Origin: Candidatus Parcubacteria bacterium
Lineage (GTDB): Bacteria; Patescibacteriota; Minisyncoccia; Phycocordibacterales; JAACPR01
DNA length: 64,000 nucleotides
Assembly (NCBI GenBank): GCA_009995365.1
Contig: JAACPR010000002.1
Coordinates: 14,428 to 78,427 of the forward strand
Reading direction: 5' to 3'
Of the stretch, positions 57,643 through 64,000 are shown one piece after another. The translations under genes were made by a program, and so were the position numbers. Under the pieces are notes generated by a model. It had not been told where the DNA came from, searched no databases, and was given only the letters and a program-made list of their open reading frames with translations. Each line of letters starts with the position of its first letter. The stretch's first letter is position 1.

Positions 57643-59056
57643 AGAAAAAAAAGAATACGATGTGATTATTATCGGAGCAGGTTCGGGCGGATTAAATATT
57701 GCGGGTTTTGCAAGTAGGGTTGGTTTAGAATTTTTGTTAATTGATAAAGAAGATAAAACAATCGGAGGAGATTGTCTAAATTTTGGATGTGTTCCATCTA
57801 AAGCACTTATTCATATTGGAGAATTAGTTAAAAATTCAATGTTGGCTAAAGATTTTGGAATGGATGTAAGTGGAGATGTGGATATTTTTAAGGTTATGAA
57901 TTATATAGATTCCAAAAAAGAATTTATAAGAAAACATGAGAATGCAGAATATCTTAGAAAGAAGGGGATTGATGTCGTATTAGGTTTAGCAAAATTTAGC
58001 GGTAAAAATAAAGTCATTGTGCGTGATGAAGAGTATGTTGGTAAAAAAATAATTTTAGCTACAGGATCTAGACCAAGATATTTAAAAATTCCTGGAATAG
58101 AGAATATTCAGGTGTTTAATAATGAAAATATTTTTTCATTAAAAAATAAGCCTCAAAATATGATTATTGTCGGAGGGGGTCCTATTGGTGCCGAAATTGC
58201 ACAATCTTTTAATCGACTAGGTATTAATGTATCTATTGTTGGTCCAAGCTTTTTAGATAAGGAAGATAAGGATGTATCAGAAGTAGTAAAAGATAAAATG
58301 CAAAAGGAGGGGGTAAGATTCTTTATAGGTTATAAACCTGTCGAGATAAAAAATAAAAATATTCTTATAATCGAAGATGGAGATGGTGAAAAAAAAGAGA
58401 TTAAATTTGATTTATTTTTTGTTTCAATTGGTAGAATTCTTAATTTAGACAATCTAAACTTAGAATCGGCGGGAATTGAACTAGATGAACGAGGAAAATT
58501 AAAAATAGACCAGTACTTAAGAACAACTAATAAAAATGTTATTGCTATCGGTGATGTTGCGGGAAATTTTATGTTTACACACGCAGCCGAATTACATGCT
58601 TCAACAATAATTAATAATTTATTTTCACCTTTTAAGAAAAAATTAAATACAGATGCGATGGCATGGGTCACTTATACTGATCCTGAAATTGCTACATTTG
58701 GATTACAGGAGCATCAGTTGAGAAAAAGATCTATAAAATATGAAGTAATACAAAAAGAATATATTGATGACCGAATGATTGTTGATGAGTATATGGATGG
58801 TCTAATTAAATTATTCATATCTCCCAAAGGTATAATTTTGGGCGGAAGTATGGTTGCGCATAATGCGGGGGAATTGTCTCAAGAACTTATGTTGGCACAA
58901 TCAAATCAAATGAATGTGCGAGCATTTATGAATAAAGTATATCCGTATCCTACCGCTACAAGAGCAAACAGGTCTGCAATATTGCAATATATGAGTAAAA
59001 AACTCACAGATAAAAATAAAAAGTTATTGAGAGTTCTGTTTCATATTTTTAATTAG
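57626..59056 (+). CDS. Pyridine nucleotide-disulfide oxidoreductase (MerA/LpdA-like flavoprotein)
   Basis: GAGSGG, GGDCLNFGCVPSK, ATGS, GGGPIG.E, IGDV, YTDPE, YPYPT. No C-terminal Cys-Cys. Confidence 0.9.
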   Translation: MKKDFKEKKEYDVIIIGAGSGGLNIAGFASRVGLEFLLIDKEDKTIGGDCLNFGCVPSKALIHIGELVKNSMLAKDFGMDVSGDVDIFKVMNYIDSKKEFIRKHENAEYLRKKGIDVVLGLAKFSGKNKVIVRDEEYVGKKIILATGSRPRYLKIPGIENIQVFNNENIFSLKNKPQNMIIVGGGPIGAEIAQSFNRLGINVSIVGPSFLDKEDKDVSEVVKDKMQKEGVRFFIGYKPVEIKNKNILIIEDGDGEKKEIKFDLFFVSIGRILNLDNLNLESAGIELDERGKLKIDQYLRTTNKNVIAIGDVAGNFMFTHAAELHASTIINNLFSPFKKKLNTDAMAWVTYTDPEIATFGLQEHQLRKRSIKYEVIQKEYIDDRMIVDEYMDGLIKLFISPKGIILGGSMVAHNAGELSQELMLAQSNQMNVRAFMNKVYPYPTATRANRSAILQYMSKKLTDKNKKLLRVLFHIFN

Positions 59057-59078
59057 TTTTTTGTATTGTTATATCTTT

Positions 59079-60392
59079 TTATAAAAATATATTTTTATTC
59101 TTTAATATAATCCTCTCCGATATATTTTCCAATATATTCCTCTTCTCCTGCACATCACCATCCTTCAAAATAAACTTCACATAATTCTTAATATCGATAT
59201 CATCAATCTGAATGTTGGTACTTTTGCCAAGAAGGGAAGTATTGAACTTCTTGAACCGTAGTATCTCATCTTTAATCTTGTCTCGTACCTTTAACTCGTT
59301 CACTTTCATATCATCAATTAATTTCTCAAACTGTTTAATTAAGTCAGTTTCATTGATTGGCGGGTTAGAGCAATTGTGGTCCTTTGACTTTGCACATTTG
59401 TAGTACACATGTCTGTTTGAAGTTCCATTCTTGAGTTTCTTAAACTTCTCATCTGCACTAATCGCAGAATTACACAATCCACAGGTCATAAGTTTAGTGA
59501 AGGCAAATTCTTTATTCTCAATACGAAGTGTGTTGCTCTTTACTTGTGCCTGCACCATGTCATAGAGTTCTTTAGTTATAAGTGGTTCATGTTTTCCTTT
59601 GTACCAGTTACCTGATTTTCTCGGATATTCAAACTCTCCATAATAGAATGGATTACTCAAACTTCTGAATATGTTTCCGAGACTCAAGTGCTTCTTTCCA
59701 TATGCACTTCTGAAATTCAAATCAAACTTGAGCCAGTTGTATACTTTCTTTCCGCTCCATTTCTCATATGCTACTTTCTCAAACATCTTCTTGATCACGG
59801 GTCCTTTCTCTGGATCTATGTATGTTTCGCACTTTCGGTCACTCCGTTTCTCCTTGAGATATCCTGTCGGGGCAGGTCCTGGCCAGAGTCCCATTTCAAC
59901 TCTGGTTCGGAGTCCTCTTTTAACATTTATACTTTTGTTATCATTTTCAAGTTTTGCTTGAGAACAGAGAATCATCAGGAGGAACTTCTCATTGGGAGAG
60001 TTCTTAAATGTCTGTCCGTATGTTTTAATTTCTTGCAGTTTTGCTTGATCCATTAAATCCACCAAGCTTCCAAGATCTCCTGCATTTCTTGATAATCTAT
60101 CTGGAGCCCAAGTCAGTATCCCATTATATCTTCCTTGGTCTATATCAGAGAGTATTTCTTTGAATACTGGTCTTTGTCCCGAATCCTTTGCTGAATGTGA
60201 TTCTCTCCTAATGTCTATAATCTCCATGTTTTCCTTCTCTGCTATTTGGAGCATTTCTTTAACTTGCGAATCAATTGATAATACTTGTCGTTCTTCGGTC
60301 TCAGTACTTTTTCGAGCATAGAGGACGTATTTTACCTTTATTTGGGGCACTTCTGTCCTGACTCCGAAGTTGCTTATGTATTGGATTTCCAT
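59079..60392 (-). CDS. Large serine recombinase (resolvase + recombinase + Zn-ribbon)
   Basis: YARKS catalytic Ser, ESHSAK.SGQRP.F, DRLSRN, GKHEPLIT, CGLC...YYKC...C. Confidence 0.93.
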   Translation of the reverse strand: MEIQYISNFGVRTEVPQIKVKYVLYARKSTETEERQVLSIDSQVKEMLQIAEKENMEIIDIRRESHSAKDSGQRPVFKEILSDIDQGRYNGILTWAPDRLSRNAGDLGSLVDLMDQAKLQEIKTYGQTFKNSPNEKFLLMILCSQAKLENDNKSINVKRGLRTRVEMGLWPGPAPTGYLKEKRSDRKCETYIDPEKGPVIKKMFEKVAYEKWSGKKVYNWLKFDLNFRSAYGKKHLSLGNIFRSLSNPFYYGEFEYPRKSGNWYKGKHEPLITKELYDMVQAQVKSNTLRIENKEFAFTKLMTCGLCNSAISADEKFKKLKNGTSNRHVYYKCAKSKDHNCSNPPINETDLIKQFEKLIDDMKVNELKVRDKIKDEILRFKKFNTSLLGKSTNIQIDDIDIKNYVKFILKDGDVQEKRNILENISERIILKNKNIFL

Positions 60393-60557
60393 ATGTATAT
60401 GATGACGTAGATTGGGTATTTGCTAAGACTATGCAAAGGTTCATTTTCATTTCATGGTCGTTTCTATACCCTTAGCAAAAATATGAAAAGCGTTATAATC
60501 TATGGAGTAATACGTTACTTTGATGTATTATATGAGTACACAATTAAATATATAAGT

Positions 60558-60691
60558 AGCCTAACCCTATAGAGAAATCTGCAGGCATGGTGAAAAGTCC
60601 AATCAGACATAAAGAACCCATCATAGGGTCGTCTGATTGGCTATATCGGGAAACCGGTATAAAAGACTTCGGTCTCTACCTGTGGTGGGCT
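60558..60691 (+). ncRNA. Candidate structured leader RNA
   Basis: Nested stems AGCCTA/TGGGCT, CTGCAGG/CCTGTGG, CCAATCAGAC/GTCTGATTGG. GAAA and cUUCGg tetraloop hairpins. Possible pseudoknot ACCCTAT/ATAGGGT. Confidence 0.6.
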
Positions 60692-60733
60692 TTTTGTGTA
60701 CTCGAAACTTTACAAGACCAATCAGAAAAATTA

Positions 60734-61519
60734 ATGGCAACTAAAAATCAGAAGCAGGAGCTGTATAAGAAACTACAAGCTTATGCAAAACAATATTTGA
60801 AAAAAGAATATAAAGATCTCGATGAGTCTGCAACACGACTTATGATCAATAGTCTTTTAACAAATGTATTTGGATATATAGAACTTGAAGAAATAAAAAC
60901 AGAGTACAGAATCAGGGGAGAATACGCTGACTATATTATTCAATTAAAGAGAAAGAAACAATTTGTCGTTGAGGTTAAATCAATACAACTTGATCTCAAC
61001 GAGAAACATTTAAGACAAAGTGTAGGATACGCTGCGAACGAAGGTGTGGACTGGATTATTCTCACAAACGGAAAGCAGGTTGAACTCTATCGAGTGCTAT
61101 TTGGAAAACCAATATCTACAAGAAAGATATTCGACTTTGATTTGTCGGATGCAAAGGAACTTAAGAACATGTGTGAAATGCTGTATCTTCTCACAAAGAA
61201 GAGTGTACTTCGTGATGAATTGGATCATTTCTGGGCACGATTTGAAGCACTAGAGCCTATTAAATTATCAGGACACTTGTATTCAAGCGAAGTTGTACGA
61301 TTTCTTCGAAAAGTATTAAAGAGCAAGACAGGACTATATTTTGGAGATGACGATATTTTAGATTCAATTCAGAAAATTGTATCGACAAAAATTGAATCGG
61401 TTAAACCCAAGAGTCCAACATCTCTTGTGGGGAAGAAGAAAAAGCCAGTAGTCCAATTGTCGAATGTTGTATCAGAAGTTTCTGTAGAGGAGGACTCTGT
61501 TGCGGAGACTGTAATTTAA
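60734..61519 (+). CDS. HsdR N-terminal-like (type I restriction enzyme N-domain) PD-(D/E)xK protein
   Basis: DESATR, EY.IRGEYADY, VVEVK, Q..GYA.NEG..W.ILTNG. No helicase part. Start reassigned to the ATG at 60734. Confidence 0.8.
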   Translation: MATKNQKQELYKKLQAYAKQYLKKEYKDLDESATRLMINSLLTNVFGYIELEEIKTEYRIRGEYADYIIQLKRKKQFVVEVKSIQLDLNEKHLRQSVGYAANEGVDWIILTNGKQVELYRVLFGKPISTRKIFDFDLSDAKELKNMCEMLYLLTKKSVLRDELDHFWARFEALEPIKLSGHLYSSEVVRFLRKVLKSKTGLYFGDDDILDSIQKIVSTKIESVKPKSPTSLVGKKKKPVVQLSNVVSEVSVEEDSVAETVI

Positions 61520-61552
61520 ATTAAAAATAATTTATAAAATTAATATATTAAA

Positions 61553-62205
61553 ATGGAAAATTCAAACAAAGATGAAATTAAAAAGTTAACACTATCAAGA
61601 GTGCTTGCGTATGTGCTGGGTGGATTATTTCTTTTAGCAGGTGTAACAAGTTTATTTAGTAACTTTATGGTCGGTGTAGTTTTTATTGTTATATCAATAG
61701 TACTTTTCCCACCACTCTATAAACTTTTAGAATCAAAGACAAAAGTACGACTATCAAAATCGTTGAGAGTTGTAACAACAATAATTCTATTAGGTGTCGC
61801 TGGTGCGTTGTTTTCAAGTAGTGAAGTTGATTCAATCGTAGAAAAAGTGAACCAAGAATCTACCAATACAGTCACAGAGAATGTGTCTCCTGTAAAAGAG
61901 GAATACACAGAAGTAATTACACTGAAAGGAAAGGGTAATCAAAACTCCGCATCATTTAATGTAACAGGAAAGAAAGTTCGACTTACAGCCACAACAACAG
62001 GAGGTTCTTCTGGTATTGGTACATTCTCTGGTATCGAACTCAAAAAAGAAGAGGGTGGATATGTGGGCCAGGTTTAAGTATTTCAACAGAAGGTGCTGAA
62101 GATGGAGTAGGAGAGACTACATACCGGAATCTCAAGCCAGGACAATACTATATCCAAGTGATCAGTGGAGTAGATTGGGTTGTGAAAGTTGAACAATCAA
62201 ATTAA
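61553..62205 (+). pseudogene. Membrane protein with extracellular beta-domain, frameshifted near 62068
   Basis: ORF stops at 62077 but the -1 frame continues PGLSISTEGAEDGVGETTYRNLKPGQYYIQVISGVDWVVKVEQSN to TAA at 62205. Confidence 0.65.
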
Positions 62206-62206
62206 T

Positions 62207-63715
62207 CTATTTTCCTGTTTCAACATCAATATAATCAGAATAGTAGACGGTACCTCCGTCCTCATCATCATTTCCTAGAAATGCTATAAGCCAAGTAGAT
62301 TCATTTGAGTGCGTGTCTAGGGTTGAGTTGATCAGCAGTGAAAATGCATCTGCAAGGTCATCGTGTTTTTCAACTCCAAATCCAATCAATTGTTGAATTA
62401 GTTCTTCACATCCCTGTCTTGGAAATTTAATAATTCCAGATTTGATTGATGTTGAAGTGAGGGATAGTCGCGTCCTCTTGTCTCCCTTTGGTTTTACCGC
62501 TTCAGCTTTAACACCATTGAGTTCAAGCATTTGGGGAAGTGCTTCTTGATATGCAACACTTTCAACAAAAAGCTTGTCTTGATATCTGGGCATTTGAGTT
62601 GATTTAAAGTTCTTCATTAAATCAACTTGTTCAGGAAAATTGAGCTTCTTGCAGATCGGGTTTGGAAGAATATAGATTTTCAATTTTTCCCTTCGTCCAT
62701 ACACATGAGCAGACACAATCGTAGTGAAGTCAGCAGAATCCTTTGTTGATATAGCGAGATCAACTCCTGCATACGTCCCTCTGTATGCTTTGTGTGAAGA
62801 TCCTGGTAAATCATCATAATACTGAAACCACTCAGGATAAATTACCTGATCATCACTTGGAATAATGCGAAGTAGATATTCTCTTTGCCAAGATATCTCA
62901 CTTGAGATTTTTAACTTCTCATCCTCAATGTCTTTTTCATTTTGATATTTTCCTGACCATAAACATACACCGTCTTTATCAAGCAGGGGATATTCCTTGA
63001 AAATACCCTTTGCTTTTCCTTGGGCAATCTCATCCTTAATTCTCATAAGGAGAGAATCCTCGTGCAGGAGATTTCCAACGATTATAAGTCTCGTATTTTT
63101 ATCTCCTGAAGGGATCACTTCACCTCTCAACCAGTTATATGTTTTGTTTCGACCTTCACGAGTCTTGGTTGATTGAACATCCTCAACGTCGTCACAGATT
63201 ATGAGATCTGGTCTATGTTCATTGTGTCGTAGTCCTCGAATACTTTGGTCACTTGAAGCAACAGTGATTCGTGCTCCGTGTTTTTTGAACACTAATGAAT
63301 GAGAACCCCATTCGTCGCTTTCTTCTTGGAATGGTCCGAGGTCTCTTTTAAGAACATCATTGCCTTCAAGTTCTGTTCGGATATTCATCATATGTTGTTT
63401 TGCTTGTGCCCGTGTCTGACAAAAGATAATACAGAACTTTTTCTGTTGTTTTCCAAGTATTGCCCAGATAGGGTATGCGGTGGTCACCATTGTTGATTTT
63501 CCAGATCCTCGAAATGCAACGACATATAGATTTTCAGTCGTACTTTTTTCGAGATTGTGAATAATCTCTTTTTGAAAGTCTGCCGTTTCGTATTTTACAT
63601 AGTGAGCATAGTAGAAGTGGAAGAAATACAGAAAACTATCTTTTGTGATTGATGTTCGCACCAATCTGTCTTTCATCATTCTGTTTACCAATGACGTGTC
63701 AATTAATTTATTCAT
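62207..63715 (-). CDS. Phage terminase large subunit-like protein
   Basis: Walker A AFRGSGKST, IRG, Walker B DLIICDDVED, nuclease motifs GVDLA, VESVAYQ, HDDLADA. Start likely Met at 63715. Confidence 0.88.
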   Translation of the reverse strand: MNKLIDTSLVNRMMKDRLVRTSITKDSFLYFFHFYYAHYVKYETADFQKEIIHNLEKSTTENLYVVAFRGSGKSTMVTTAYPIWAILGKQQKKFCIIFCQTRAQAKQHMMNIRTELEGNDVLKRDLGPFQEESDEWGSHSLVFKKHGARITVASSDQSIRGLRHNEHRPDLIICDDVEDVQSTKTREGRNKTYNWLRGEVIPSGDKNTRLIIVGNLLHEDSLLMRIKDEIAQGKAKGIFKEYPLLDKDGVCLWSGKYQNEKDIEDEKLKISSEISWQREYLLRIIPSDDQVIYPEWFQYYDDLPGSSHKAYRGTYAGVDLAISTKDSADFTTIVSAHVYGRREKLKIYILPNPICKKLNFPEQVDLMKNFKSTQMPRYQDKLFVESVAYQEALPQMLELNGVKAEAVKPKGDKRTRLSLTSTSIKSGIIKFPRQGCEELIQQLIGFGVEKHDDLADAFSLLINSTLDTHSNESTWLIAFLGNDDEDGGTVYYSDYIDVETGK

Positions 63716-64000
63716 GTTTGTTAGAGTTAATTTTTTTAATGGATCTTGATTTTGTAATCGAAGCAAGTTTAAGTGCTTGTTTTACGATCTTTGCTTGTGA
63801 TGGAGTAAGTGCTTGATTGTCTTCTTTTGTCGTAATTTCAATCTTGTCTTTGTAATTGTCATTTCGGTGTCGCAACCAGAAACTAATTGCTGAGTAATTC
63901 TTTTCCTTAATGAGTGTGAGTAGCTGACTTTCACTCATGTCATTTACAAGTGCAACACCTTCTACCTGTGCCCCATCCATTTTCTTTGCAAATGACTTAT
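63708..64000 (-). CDS. Terminase small subunit-like protein (5'-partial)
   Basis: DMSESQLL.LI......AI.FWL pattern, overlaps the TerL start, frame open to the window edge. Confidence 0.65.
   Translation of the reverse strand, partial: KSFAKKMDGAQVEGVALVNDMSESQLLTLIKEKNYSAISFWLRHRNDNYKDKIEITTKEDNQALTPSQAKIVKQALKLASITKSRSIKKINSNKHE

Noticed and set aside
57626-59056. Mercuric reductase MerA
   Set aside because: No C-terminal Cys-Cys pair, no N-terminal HMA domain and no merR/T/P neighbours.
60589-60600. RNase P RNA or group II intron 5' end (GGTGAAAAGTCC)
   Set aside because: The element is too short, with no matching P4 3' strand, no domain V and no RT ORF.
60587-60733. 49-aa N-terminal extension of the HsdR_N-like ORF
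   Set aside because: It overlaps the structured RNA and does not look protein-like. The domain starts at Met 60734.

Overview
AT-rich bacterial chromosome segment read in genetic code 11. Gene content and architecture point to a Patescibacteria/CPR (Parcubacteria-like) genome; this is inference from the truncated polA/holA/yebC, the stand-alone PrgI-VirB4 cluster, tRNA-Arg(GCG) and largely SD-less core genes. The window spans the replication origin (yidC-rnpA-rpmH <- -> dnaA-oriC-dnaN). It also holds a ~14 kb T4SS-like envelope cluster (VirB6-like, PrgI, VirB4, pilin-like), core genes (comM, pcrA, rsmA, PBP1A, tyrS, ruvABC, pilB, tsaE, polA, mutM, murE, rpsT) and three tRNAs. Downstream of tRNA-Ser is an accessory island with a complete-looking redox module (metallothionein-like peptide, flavodoxin-family protein, ArsR, thioredoxin, CcdA-DUF3179 fusion, Zwf-Gnd fusion, double DedA/TVP38, flavin disulfide reductase), followed by a large serine recombinase, an HsdR_N-like nuclease gene and terminase genes. 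Most notable non-obvious signals: (1) a multi-stem RNA with tetraloops, a possible pseudoknot and a second target site just before the start codon of the HsdR_N-like gene; (2) an ORF-less transcription unit after polA; (3) a recurrent class of GC-richer single-gene cassettes with sigma70 promoter, hairpin plus boxA-like leader, SD and terminator, contrasting with apparently leaderless core genes; (4) a 6S-like hairpin; (5) several small ORFs missed by the ORF track. All calls were made by eye, without database searches.
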